Assembly: GCA_964016885.1 (NCBI GenBank)
Contig: OZ024742.1
Location: 14,074,001-14,138,000 of the forward strand
Origin: Eledone cirrhosa
Taxonomy: Eukaryota
Reading direction: 5' to 3'
Length of the DNA stretch: 64,000 nt
Numbering within the stretch: the stretch's first letter is position 1; every line of letters begins with the position of its first letter. Positions 10,501 to 24,300 of the stretch are shown here, piece after piece. The translations under genes were made by a program, and so were the position numbers. The notes below the pieces were generated by a model, which made no database searches, had not been told where the DNA came from, and was given only the letters and a program-made list of their open reading frames with translations.

Positions 10501-13500
10501 CCTAGTCTAGCCTCAATGTGAGACCTAACCCTAGAAGTGAACACCTGGCCTAGTCTAGCCTGAATATGAGACCATCTAACCCTAGAAGTGACCACCTTAC
10601 CTAGTCTAGTCTCAATGTGAGACCTAGCCCTATAAGTGACCACCTGACCTAGTCTAGCCTCAATGTGAGATCTAACCCTAGAAGTGACCACCTGACGTAG
10701 TCTAGCCTGAATGTGAGACCTTCTAACCTTAGAAGTGACCACCTGACCTAATCTAGTCTCAATGTGAGACTATCTAACCCAAGAAGTGACCAGCTGACCT
10801 AGTCTAGCCTCAATGTGAGACTTCTAACCCTAGAAGTGACAACCTGACCTAGTGTAAACTGAATGTGAGACCTAACCCAAGAAGTGACCACCTGACCTAG
10901 TCTAGCCTCAATGTGAGACGATCTAACCCGAGTGACCACCTGAACTAGTGTAACCTCAATGAGACCTAACCCTAGAAGTGACAACCTGACCGAGTCTAGC
11001 CTCAATGTGAGACCTAACCCTAGCAGTGACCACCTGACCTAGTCTAGCCTCAACGTGAGACCTAACCCTAGAAGTGACCACCTGACCTAATCTAGCCTCA
11101 ATGTGAGACTATCTAACCCAAGAAGTGACCACCTGACCTAGTCTAGCCTCAATGTGAGACCATCTAACCCTAGAAGTGACCACCTGACCTAGTCTAACCT
11201 CAATGTGAGACCTCTAACCCTAGAAGTGACCAGCTGACCTTGTCTAGCCTCAATGTTTGACCTTCTATCCCTAGAAGTGACCACCTGACCTAGTCTAGCC
11301 TCAATGTGAGATAATCTAACGCAAGAAGTGACCACCTGACCTAGTGTAACCTCAATGTGAGACCTAGCCCTAGAAGTGACCAGCTGACCTAGTCTAGCCT
11401 CAATGTGAGACTTCTAACCCTAGAAGTGACAATCTGACCGAGTGTAAACTGAATGTGAGACCTTCTAACCCAAGAAGTGACCACCTGACCTAGTCTAGCC
11501 TCAATGTGAGATCTTCTAACCCTAGAAGTGACCACCTGACCTAGTCTAGCCTCAATGTGAGACCTTCTAACCCAAGAAGTGACCACCTGACCTAGTCTAG
11601 CCTCAGTGTGAGACCTTCTAACCCTAGAAGTGACCACCTGACCTAGTCTAACCTCAATGTGAGACTATCTAACCCAAGAAGTGACCACCTGACCTAGTCT
11701 AGCCTCAATGTGAGACCTAACCCTAGAAGTGACCACCTGACCTAGTCTAGCCTCAATGTGAGACTTCTAACCCTAGAAGTGACAACCTGACCGAGTGTAA
11801 ACTGAATGTGAGACCTTCTAACCCTAGAAGTGACCACCTGACCTAGTCTAACCTCAATGTGAGACCTAACCCTAGCAGTGACCACCTGACCTAGTCTAGC
11901 CTCAATGTGAGACCTAACCCTAGAAGTTACCACCTGACCTAGTCGAGCCTCAATGTGTGACCTATCCCTAGAAGTGACCACCTGACCTAGTGTAACCTAA
12001 ACCTAGAAGTGACCACCTGACCTTGTCTAGCCTCAATGTGAGACCTTCTAACCCTAGAAGTGACCACCTGACCTAGTCTAGCCTCAATGTGAGACCTTCT
12101 AACCCAAGAAGTGACCACCTGACCTAGTCTAGCCTCAGTGTGAGACCTTCTAACCCTAGAAGTGACCACCTGACCTAGTCTAACCTCAATGTGAGACTAT
12201 CTAACCCAAGAAGTGACCACCTGACCTAGTCTAGCCTCAATGTGAGACCTAACCCTAGAAGTGACCACCTGACCTAGTCTAGCCTCAATGTGAGACTTCT
12301 AACCCTAGAAGTGACAACCTGACCGAGTGTAAACTGAATGTGAGACCTTCTAACACTAGAAGTGACCACCTGACCTAGTCTAGCCTCGATGTGAGACCTA
12401 ACCCAAAAAGTAACCACCTGACCTAGTTTAGCCTCCAATGTGAGACCCAATCCTAGAAGTGACCACCTGACCTAGTGTAACCTAACCCTAGAAGTGACCA
12501 CCTGACCTAGTGTAACCTCAATGTGAGACCTAACCTTAGAAGTGACCACCTGACCTAGTCTAGCCTCAATGTGAGATAATCTAACGCAAGAAGTGACCAC
12601 CTGACCTAGTGTAACCTCAATGTGAGACCTAACCCTAGAAGTGACCAGCTGACCTAGTCTAGCCTCAATGTGAGACTTCTAACCCTAGAAGTGACAACCT
12701 GACCGAGTGTAAACTGAATGTGAGACCTTCTAACCCAAGAAGTGACCACCTGACCTAGTCTAGCCTCAATCTGAGACCTTCTAACCCTAGAAGTGACCAC
12801 CTGACCTAGTCTAACCTCAATGTGAGACCTTCTAACCCAAGAAGTGACCACCTGACCTAGTCTAGCCTCAGTGTGAGACCTTCTCACCCTAGAAGTGACC
12901 ACCTGACCTAGTCTAGCCTCAATGTGAGACTATCTAACCCAAGAAGTGACCACCTGACCTAGTCTAGCCTCAATGTGAGACCTAACCCTAGAAGTGACCA
13001 CCTGACCTAGTCTAGCCTCAATGTGAGACTTCTAACCCTAGAAGTGACAACCTGACCGAGTGTAAATTGAATGTGAGACCTTGTAACCCTAGAAGTCACC
13101 ACCTGACCTAGTCTAACCTCAATGTGAGACCTAACCCTAGCAGTGACCACCTGACCTAGTCTAGCCTCAATGTGAGACCTAACCCTAGAAGTTACCACCT
13201 GACCTAGTCTAGCCTCAATGTGTGACCTTCTATCCCTAGAAGTGACCACCTGACCTAGTCTAGCCTCGATGTGAGACCTAACCCAAGAAGTAACCACCTG
13301 ACCTAGTTTAGCCTCCAATGTGAGACCCAATCCTAGAAGTGACCACCTGACCTAGTGTAACCTAACCCTAGAAGTGACCACCTGACCTAGTGTAACCTCA
13401 ATGTGAGACCTAACCTGAGAGGTGACCAGCTGACCTTGTCTAGCCTCAATGTGTGACCTATCCCTAGAAGTGACCACCTGACCTAGTGTAACCTAAACCT

Positions 13501-13600
13501 AGAAGTGACCACCTGACCTTGTCTAGCCTCAATGTGAGACCATCTAACGCAAGAAGTGACCACCTGACCTAGTGTAACCTCAATGTGAGACCTTCTAACA
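5215..13600. repeat. Higher-order repeat, period 3661/3660 bp (about 2.3 copies)
   Basis: Offset is 3661 (5333/8994, 5686/9347, 6162/9823), then 3660 (7139/10799, 7729/11389, 8082/11742, 8327/11987, 8994/12654, 9347/13007) after a 1-bp deletion near 10353. The right boundary is approximate. Confidence 0.9.
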
Positions 13601-16600
13601 CTAGAAGTGACCACCTGACCTCTAACCCTGGAAGTGACCAGCTGACCTTGTCTAGTCTCAATGTTTGACCTTCTATCCCTAGAAGTGACCACCTGACCTA
13701 GTGTAACCTAAACCTAGAAGTGACCACCTGACCTAGTCTGACCTCTAACCCTGGAAGTGACCAGCTGACCTTGTCTAGTCTCAATGTTTGAGCTTCTTTC
13801 CCTAGAAGTGACCACCTGACCTAGTGTAACCTAAACCTAGAAGTGACCACCTGACCTACTCTAGCCGCAATATGAGACCATCTAACGCAAGAAGTGACCA
13901 CCTGACCTAGTGTAACCTCAATGTGAGTCCTAACCCTAGAAGTGACCACCTGACCTAGTCTAACCTCAATGTGAGACCTAACGCTAGAAGTGAACACCTG
14001 ACCTAGTCTAGCCTCAATGTGAGACCATCTAATCCTAGAAGTGACCACCTTACCTAGTCTAGCCTCAATATGAGACCATCTAACGCAAGAAGTGACCTCC
14101 TGACCTAGTGTAACCTCAATGTGAGACCTAACCCTATAAGTGACCACCTGACCTAGTCTAGCCTCAATGTGAGACCTAACCCTAGAAGTGAACACCTGGC
14201 CTAGTCTAGCCTCAATATGAGACCATCTAACCCTAGAAGTGACCACCTTACCTAGTCTAGTCTCAATGTGAGACCTAGCCCTAGAAGTGACCACCTGACC
14301 CAGTCTAGCCTCAATGTGAGATCTAACCCTAGAAGTGACCACCTGACGTAGTCTAGCCTGAATGTGAGACCTTCTAACCTTAGAAGTGACCACCTGACCT
14401 AATCTAGTCTCAATGTGAGACTATCTAACCCAAGAAGTGACCAGCTGACCTAGTCTAGCCTCAATGTGAGACCTAACCCAAGAAGTGACCACCTGACCTA
14501 GTCTAGCCTCAATGTGAGACGATCTAACCCAAGAAGTGACCACCTGAACTAGTGTAACCTCAATGAGACCTAACCCTAGAAGTGACAACCTGACGTAGTC
14601 GAGCCTCAATGTGAGACCTAACCCTAGCAGTGACCACCTGAGCTAGTCTAGCCTCAACGTGAGACCTAACCCTAGAAGTGACCACCTGACCTAATCTAGC
14701 CTCAATGTGAGACTATCTAACCCAAGAAGTGACCACCTGACCTAGTCTAGCCTCAATGTGAGACCATCTAACCCTAGAAGCGACCACCTGACCTAGTCTA
14801 ACCTCAATGTGAGACCTCTAACCCTAGAAGTGACCAGCTGACCTTGTCTAGCCTCAATGTTTGACCTTCTATCCCTAGAAGTGACCACCTGACCTAGTCT
14901 AGCCTCAATGTGAGATAATCTAACGCAAGAAGTGACCACCTGACCTAGTGTAACCTCAATGTGAGACCTAACCCTAGAAGTGACCAGCTGACCTAGTCTA
15001 GCCTCAATGTGAGACTTCTAACCCTAGAAGTGACAATCTGACCGAGTGTAAACTGAATGTGAGACCTTCTAACCCAAGAAGTGACCACCTGACCTAGTCT
15101 AGCCTCAATGTGAGACCTTCTAACCCTAGAAGTGACCACCTGACCTAGTCTAGCCTCAATGTGAGACCTTCTAACCCAAGAAGTGACCACCTGACCTAGT
15201 CTAGCCTCAGTGTGAGACCTTCTAACCCTAGAAGTGACCACCTGACCTAGTCTAGCCTCAATGTGAGACTATCTAACCCAAGAAGTGACCACCTGACCTA
15301 GTCTAGCCTCAATGTGAGACCTAACCCTAGAAGTTACCACCTGACCTAGTCTAGCCTCAATGTGTGACCTTCTGTCCCTAGAAGTGACCACCTGACCTAG
15401 TCTAGCCTCGATGTGAGACCTAACCCAAGAAGTAACCACCTGACCTAGTTTAGCCTCCAATGTGAGACCCAATCCTAGAAGTGACCACCTGACCTAGTGT
15501 AACCTAACCCTAGAAGTGACCACCTGACCTAGTGTAACCTCAATGTGAGACCTAACCTTAGAAGTGACCAGCTGACCTTGTCTAGCCTCAATGTGTGACC
15601 TATCCCTAGAAGTGACCACCTGACCTAGTGTAACCTAAACCTAGAAGTGACCACCTGACCTTGTCTAGCCTCAATGTGAGACCATCTAACGCAAGTGACC
15701 ACCTGACCTAGTGTAACCTCAATGTGAGACCTTCTAACACTAGAAGTGACCACCTGACCTAGTCTGACCTCTAACCCTGGAAGTGACCAGCTGACCTTGT
15801 CTAGTCTCAATGTTTGACCTTCTATCCCTAGAAGTGACCACCTGACCTAGTGTAACCTAAACCTAGAAGTGACCACCTGACCTAGTCTGACCTCTAACCC
15901 TGGAAGTGACCAGCTGACCTTGTCTAGTCTCAATGTTTGACCTTCTATCCCTAGAAGTGACCACCTGACCTAGTGTAACCTAAACCTAGAAGTGACCACC
16001 TGACCTACTCTAGCCGCAATATGGGACCATCTAACGCAAGAAGTGACCACCTGACCTAGTGTAACCTCAATGTGAGTCCTAACCCTAGAAGTGACCACCT
16101 GACCTAGTCTAACCTCAATGTGAGACCTTCTAACGCTAGAAGTGAACACCTGACCTAGTCTAGCCTCAATGTGAGACCATCTAACCCTAGAAGTGACCAC
16201 CTTACCTAGTCTAGCCTCAATATGAGACCATCTTACGCAAGAAGTGACCACCTGACCTAGTGTAACCTCAATGTGAGACCTAACCCTATAAGTGACCACC
16301 TGACCTAGTCTAGCCTCAATGTGAGACCTAACCCTAGAAGTGAACACCTGGCCTAGTCTAGCCTCAATTTGAGACCATCTAACCCTAGAAGTGACCACCT
16401 TACCTAGTCTAGTCTCAATGTGAGACCTAGCCCTAGAAGTGACCACCTGACCTAGTCTAGCCTCAATGTGAGATCTAACCCTAGAAGTGACCACCTGACT
16501 TAGTCTAGCCTGAATGTGAGACCTTCTAACCTTAGAAGTGACCACCTGACCTAATCTAGTCTCAATGTGAGACTATCTAACCCAAGAAGTGACCAGCTGA

Positions 16601-19600
16601 CCTAGTCTAGCCTCAATGTGAGACTTCTAACCCTAGAAGTGACAACCTGACCTAGTGTAAACTGAATGTGAGACCTAACCCAAGAAGTGACCACCTGACC
16701 TAGTCTAGCTTCAATGTGAGACGATCTAACCCAAGAAGTGACCACCTGAACTAGTGTAACCTCAATGAGACCTAACCCTAGAAGTGACAACCTGACCTAG
16801 TCTAGCCTCAATGTGAGACCTAACCCTAGCAGTGACCACCTGACCTAGTGTAGCCTCAACGTGAGACCTAACCCTAGAAGTGACCACCTGACCTAATCTA
16901 GCCTCAATGTGAGACCATCTAACGCAAGAAGTGACCACCTGACCTAGTGTTACCTCAATGTGAGACCTTCTAACACTAGAAGTGACCACCTGACCTAGTC
17001 TGACCTCTAACCCTGGAAGTGACCAGCTGACCTTGTCTAGTCTCAATGTTTGACCTTCTATCCCTAGAAGTGACCACCTGACCTAGTGTAACCTAAACCT
17101 AGAAGTGACCACCTGACCTAGTCAGACCTCTAACCCTGGAAGTGACCAGCTGACCTTGTCTAGTCTCAATGTTTGACCTTCTATCCCTAGAAGTGACCAC
17201 CTGACCTAGTGTAACCTAAACCTAGAAGTGACCACCTGACCTACTCTAGCCGCAATATGAGACCATCTAACGCAAGAAGTGACCACCTGACCTAGTGTAA
17301 CCTCAATGTGAGTCCTAACCCTAGAAGTGACCACCTGACCTAGTCTAACCTCAATGTGAGACATTCTAACGCTAGAAGTGAACACCTGACCTAGTCTAGC
17401 CTCAATGTGAGACCATCTAACCCTAGAAGTGACCACCTTACCTAGTCTAGCCTCAATATGAGACCATCTAACGCAAGAAGTGACCACCTGACCTAGTGTA
17501 ACCTCAATGTGAGACCTAACCCTATAAGTGACCACCTGACCTAGTCTAGCCTCAATGTGAGACCTAACCCTAGAAGTGAACACCTGGCCTAGTCTAGCCT
17601 CAATATGAGACCATCTAACCCTAGAAGTGACCACCTTACCTAGTCTAGTCTCAATGTGAGACCTAGCCCTAGAAGTGACCACCTGACCTAGTCTAGCCTC
17701 AATGTGAGATCTAACCCTAGAAGTGACCACCTGACTTAGTCTAGCCTCAACGTGAGACCTAACCCTAGAAGTGACCACCTGACCTAATCTAGCCTCAATG
17801 TGAGACTATCTAACCCAAGAAATGACCACCTGACCTAGTCTAGTCTCAATGTGAGACCATCTAACCCTAGAAGTGACCACCTGACCTAGTCTAACCTCAA
17901 TGTGAGACCTCTAACCCTAGAAGTGACCAGCTGACCTTGTCTAGCCTCAATATTTGACCTTCTATCCCTAGAAGTGACCACCTGACCTAGTCTAGCCTCA
18001 ATGTGAGACCATCTAACCCAAGAAGTGACCACCTGACCTAGTCTAGCCTCAATGTGAGACCATCTAACCCTAGAAGTGACCACCTGACCTAGTCTAACCT
18101 CAATGTGAGACCTCTAACCCTAGAAGTGACCAGCTGACCTTGTCTAGCCTCAATGTTTGATCTTCTATCCCTAGAAGTGACCACCTGACCGAGTCTATCC
18201 TCAATGTGAGATAATCTAATGCAAGAAGTGACCACCTGACCTAGTGTAACCTCAATGTGAGACCTAACCCTAGAAGTGACCAGCTGACCTAGTCTAGCCT
18301 CAATGTGAGACTTCTAACCCTAGAAGTGACAACCTGACCGAGTGTAAACTGAATGTGAGACCTAACCCAAGAAGTAACCACCTGACCTAGTCTAGCCTCC
18401 AATGTGAGACCTAATCCTAGAAGTGACCACCTGACCTAGTCTAGCCTCAATGTGAGACCTGACCAAGTCTAGCCTCAATGTGTGACCTATCCCTAGAAGT
18501 GACCACCTGACCTAGTGTAACCTAACCCTAGAAGTGACCAACTGACCTAGTCTAGCCTAAATGCGAGACCTAACCCTAGAAGTGACCACCTGACCTAGTC
18601 TAGCCTCAATGTGAGACCTAACCCTAGAAGTGACCACCTGACCTAGTCTAGCCTCAATGTGAGATTTCTAACCCTAGAAGTGACAACCTGACCAAGTGTA
18701 AACTGAATGTGAGATCTAACCCAAGAAGTGACCACCTCACCTAGTCTAACCTCAATGTGAGACCTCTAACCCTAGAAGTGACCAGCTGACCGTGTCTAGC
18801 CTCAATGTGTGACTTATCCCTAGAAGTGACCACCTGACCTAGTGTAACCTAAACCTAGAAGTGACCACCTGACCTTGTCTAGCCTCACTGTGAGACCATC
18901 TAACTCAAGGAGTGACCACCTGACCTAGTGTAACCTCAATGTGACAACTTCTAACCCTAGAAGTGACCACTTACCTAGTCTAACCTCAATGTGAGACCTA
19001 ACCCTAGAAGTGACCACCAGACCTAGTCTAGCCTCAATGTGAGACCTAACACTAGAAGTGACCACCTGACCTAGTCTAGCCTCAATATGAGACCATCTAA
19101 CGCAAGAAGTGACCACCTGACCTAGTGTAACCTCAATGTGAGTCCTAACCCTAGAAGTGACCACCTGACCTTGTCTAACCTCAATGTGAGACCTTGTAAC
19201 CCTAGAAGTGACCACCTGACCTAGTCTAGCCTCAATGTGAGACCATCTAACCCTAGAAGTGACCACCTTACCTAGCCTAGCCTCAATATGAGACCATCTA
19301 ACGCAAGAAGTGACCACCTGACCTAGTGTAACCTCAATGTGAGACCTAACTCTATAAGTGACCACCTGACCTAGTCTAGCCTCAATGTGAGACCTAACCC
19401 TAGAAGTGAACACCTGGCCTAGTCTAGCCTCAATATGAGACCATCTAACCCTAGAAATGACCACCTTGCCTAGTCTAGTCTCAATGTGAGACCTAGCCCT
19501 AGAAGTGACCACCTGACCTAGTCTAGCCTCAATGTGAGATCTAACCCTAGAAGTGACCACCTGACTTAGTCTAGCCTGAATGTGAGACCTTCTAACCCAA

Positions 19601-21300
19601 GAAGTGACCAGCTGACCTAGTCTAGCCTCAATGTGAGACTTCTAACCCTAGAAGTGACAACCTGACCTAGTGTAAACTGAATGTGAGAAGTAACCCAAGA
19701 AGTGACCACCTGACCTAGTCTAGCCTCAATGTGAGACGATCTAACCCAAGAAGTGACCACCTGAACTAGTGTAACCTCAATGAGACCTAACCCTAGAAGT
19801 GACAACCTGACCTAGTCTAGCCTCAATGTGAGACCTAACCCTAGCAGTGACCACCTGACCTAGTCTAGCCTCAACGTGAGACCTAACCCTAGAAGTGACC
19901 ACCTGACCTAATCTAGCCTCAATGTGAGACTATCTAACCCAAGAAGTGACCACCTGACCTAGTCTAGCCTCAATGTGAGACCATCTAACCCTAGAAGTGA
20001 CCACCTGACCTAGTCTAACCTCAATGTGAGACCTCTAACCCTAGAAGTGACCAGCTGACCTTGTCTAGCCTCAATGTTTGACCTTCTATCCCTAGAAGTG
20101 ACCACCTGACCTAGTCGAGCCTCAATGTGAGATAATCTAACGCAAGAAGTGACCAGCTGACCTAGTCTAGCCTCAATGTGAGACTTCTAACCCTAGAAGT
20201 GACAACCTGACCGAGTGTAAACTGAATGTGAGACCTAACCCAAGAAGTAACCACCTGACCTAGTCTAGCCTCCAATGTGAGACCTAATCCTAGAAGTGAC
20301 CACCTGACCTAGTCTAGCCTCAATGTGAGACCTAACCCTAGAAGTGATCAGCTGACCTAGTCTAGCCTCAATGTGTGACCTATCCCTAGAAGTGACCACC
20401 TGACCTAGTGTAACCTAACCCTAGAAGTGACCAACTGACCTAGTCTAGCCTAAATGTGAGACCTAACCCTAGAAGTGACCAACTGACCTAGTCTAGCCTC
20501 AATGTGAGACCATCTAACGCAAGAAGTGACCACCTGACCTAGTGTAACCTCATTGTGAGACATAACCCTAGAAGTGACCACCTGACCTAGTCTAACCTCA
20601 ATGTGAGACCTTTAACCCTAGAAGTGACCACCTGACCTAGTCTAGCCTCAATGTGAGACCTAACCCTAGAAGTGACCACCTGACCTAGTCTAGCCTCAAT
20701 GTGAGATTTCTAACCCTAGAAGTGACAACCTGACCAAGTGTAAACTGAATGTGAGACCTTCTAACCCAAGAAGTGACCACCTGACCTAGTCTAGCCTCAA
20801 TGTGAGACCTTCTTACCCTAGAAGTGACCACCTGACCTAGTCTAGCCTCAATGTGAGACCTCACCCTAGAAGTGACCACCTCACCTAGTCTAACCTCAAT
20901 GTGAGACCTCTAACCCTAAAAGTGACCAGCTGACCTTGTCTAGCCTCAATGTGTGACTTATCCCTAGAAGTGACCACCTGACCTAGTGTAACCTAAACCT
21001 AGAAGTGACCACCTGACCTTGTCTAGCCTCACTGTGAGACCATCTAACGCAAGGAGTGACCACCTGACCTAGTGTAACCTCAATGTGAGAACTTCTAACC
21101 CTAGAAGTGACCACTTACCTAGTCTAACCTCAATGTGAGACCTAACCCTAGAAGTGACCACCAGACCTAGTCTAGCCTCAATGTGAGACCTTCTAACCCT
21201 AGAAGTGACCACCTTACCTAGTCTAGTCTCAATGTGAGACCTAACTCTAGAAGTGACCACCTGACCTAGTCTAGCCTCAATGTGAGACCATCTAACCCTA
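13600..21300. repeat. Transitional zone of shorter, more diverged multi-monomer blocks (offsets about 2149 and 1236 bp)
   Basis: Related but non-identical blocks occur at 13821, 15970, 17206 and 18925, with private SNPs (e.g. CCGCAAT at ~13865, ~16014, ~17250; ATGGGAC at 16021). Boundaries are approximate. Confidence 0.7.
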
Positions 21301-21361
21301 GAAGTGACCACCTTACCTAGTCTAGTCTCATTGTGAGACCTAACCCTAGAAATGAACACCT

Positions 21362-24300
21362 GACCTAGTCTAGTCTCAATGTGAGACCTAACCCTAGAAG
21401 TGACCACCTGACCTAATCTAGCCTCAATGTGAGACTATCTAACCCAAGAAGTGACCACCTGACCTAGTCTAGCCTCAATGTGAGACCATCTAACCCTAGA
21501 AGTGACCACCTTACCTAGTCTAACCTCAATGTGAGACCTCTAACCCTAGATGTGACCAGCTGACCTTGTCTAGCCACAATCTTTGACCTTCTATCCCTAG
21601 AAGTGACCACCTGACCTAGTCTAGCCTCAATGTGAGACCTAACCCTAGAAGTGAACACCTGGCCTAGTCTAGCCTCAATATGAGACCATCTAACCCTAGA
21701 AATGACCACCTTGCCTAGTCTAGTCTCAATGTGAGACCTAGCCCTAGAAGTGACCACCTGACCTAGTCTAGCCTCAATGTGAGATCTAACCCTAGAAGTG
21801 ACCACCTGACTTAGTCTAGCCTGAATGTGAGACCTTCTAACCCAAGAAGTGACCAGCTGACCTAGTCTAGCCTCAATGTGAGACTTCTAACCCTAGAAGT
21901 GACAACCAGACCTAGTGTAAACTGAATGTGAGAAGTAACCCAAGAAGTGACCACCTGACCTAGTCTAGCCTCAATGTGAGACGATCTAACCCAAGAAGTG
22001 ACCACCTGAACTAGTGTAACCTCAATGAGACCTAACCCTAGAAGTGACAACCTGACCTAGTCTAGCCTCAATGTGAGACCTAACCCTAGCAGTGACCACC
22101 TGACCTAGTCTAGCCTCAACGTGAGACCTAACCCTAGAAGTGACCACCTGACCTAATCTAGCCTCAATGTGAGACTATCTAACCCAAGAAGTGACCACCT
22201 GACCTAGTCTAGCCTCAATGTGAGACCATCTAACCCTAGAAGTGACCACCTGACCTAGTCTAACCTCAATGTGAGACCTCTAACCCTAGAAGTGACCAGC
22301 TGACCTTGTCTAGCCTCAATGTTTGACCTTCTATCCCTAGAAGTGACCACCTGACCTAGTCGAGCCTCAATGTGAGATAATCTAACGCAAGAAGTGACCA
22401 CCTGACCTAGTGTAACCTCAATGTGAGACCTAACCCTAGAAGTGACCAGCTGACCTAGTCTAGCCTCAATGTGAGACTTCTAACCCTAGAAGTGACAACC
22501 TGACCGAGTGTAAACTGAATGTGAGACCTAACCCAAGAAGTAACCACCTGACCTAGTCTAGCCTCCAATGTGAGACCTAATCCTAGAAGTGACCACCTGA
22601 CCTAGTCTAGCCTCAATGTGAGACCTAACCCTAGAAGTGATCAGCTGACCTAGTCTAGCCTCAATGTGTGACCTATCCCTAGAAGTGACCACCTGACCTA
22701 GTGTAACCTAACCCTAGAAGTGACCAACTGACCTAGTCTAGCCTAAATGTGAGACCTAACCCTAGAAGTGACCAACTGACCTAGTCTAGCCTCAATGTGA
22801 GACCATCTAACGCAAGAAGTGACCACCTGACCTAGTGTAACCTCATTGTGAGACATAACCCTAGAAGTGACCACCTGACCTAGTCTAACCTCAATGTGAG
22901 ACCTTTAACCCTAGAAGTGACCACCTGACCTAGTCTAGCCTCAATGTGAGACCTAACCCTAGAAGTGACCACCTGACCTAGTCTAGCCTCAATGTGAGAT
23001 TTCTAACCCTAGAAGTGACAACCTGACCAAGTGTAAACTGAATGTGAGACCTTCTAACCCAAGAAGTGACCACCTGACCTAGTCTAGCCTCAATGTGAGA
23101 CCTTCTTACCCTAGAAGTGACCACCTGACCTAGTCTAGCCTCAATGTGAGACCTCACCCTAGAAGTGACCACCTCACCTAGTCTAACCTCAATGTGAGAC
23201 CTCTAACCCTAAAAGTGACCAGCTGACCTTGTCTAGCCTCAATGTGTGACTTATCCCTAGAAGTGACCACCTGACCTAGTGTAACCTAAACCTAGAAGTG
23301 ACCACCTGACCTTGTCTAGCCTCACTGTGAGACCATCTAACGCAAGGAGTGACCACCTGACCTAGTGTAACCTCAATGTGAGAACTTCTAACCCTAGAAG
23401 TGACCACTTACCTAGTCTAACCTCAATGTGAGACCTAACCCTAGAAGTGACCACCAGACCTAGTCTAGCCTCAATGTGAGACCTTCTAACCCTAGAAGTG
23501 ACCACCTTACCTAGTCTAGTCTCAATGTGAGACCTAACCCTAGAAGTGACCACCTGACCTAGTCTAGCCTCAATGTGAGACCTAACCCTAGAAGTGACCA
23601 CCTGACCTAGTCTAGCCTCAATGTGAGACCTAACCTTAGAAGTGACCACCTGACCTAATCTAGTCTCAATGTGAGACTATCTAACCCAAGAAGTGACCAG
23701 CTGACCTAGTCTAGCCTCAATGTGAGACCTTGTAACCCTAGAAGTGACCACCTGACCTAGTCTAGCCTCAATGTGAGACCTAACTCTCGAAGTGAACACC
23801 TGACCTAGTCTAGCCTCAATGTGAGACCATCTAACCCTAGAAGTGACCACCTTACCTAGTCTAGTCTCATTGTGAGACCTAACCCTAGAAATGAACACCT
23901 GACCTAGTCTAGTCTCAATGTGAGACCTAACCCTAGAAGTGACCACCTGACCTAATCTAGCCTCAATGTGAGACTATCTAACCCAAGAAGTGACCACCTG
24001 ACCTAGTCTAGCCTCAATGTGAGACCATCTAACCCTAGAAGTGACCACCTTACCTAGTCTAACCTCAATGTGAGACCTCTAACCCTAGATGTGACCAGCT
24101 GACCTTGTCTAGCCACAATCTTTGACCTTCTATCCCTAGAAGTGACCACCTGACCTAGTCTAGCCTCAATGTGAGATAATCTAACGCAAGAAGTGACCAC
24201 CTGACCTAGTGTAACCTCAATGTGAGACCTTCTAACCCTAGAACTGACCACCTGACCTAATCTAGTCTCAATGTGAGACTATCTAACCCAAGAAGTGACC

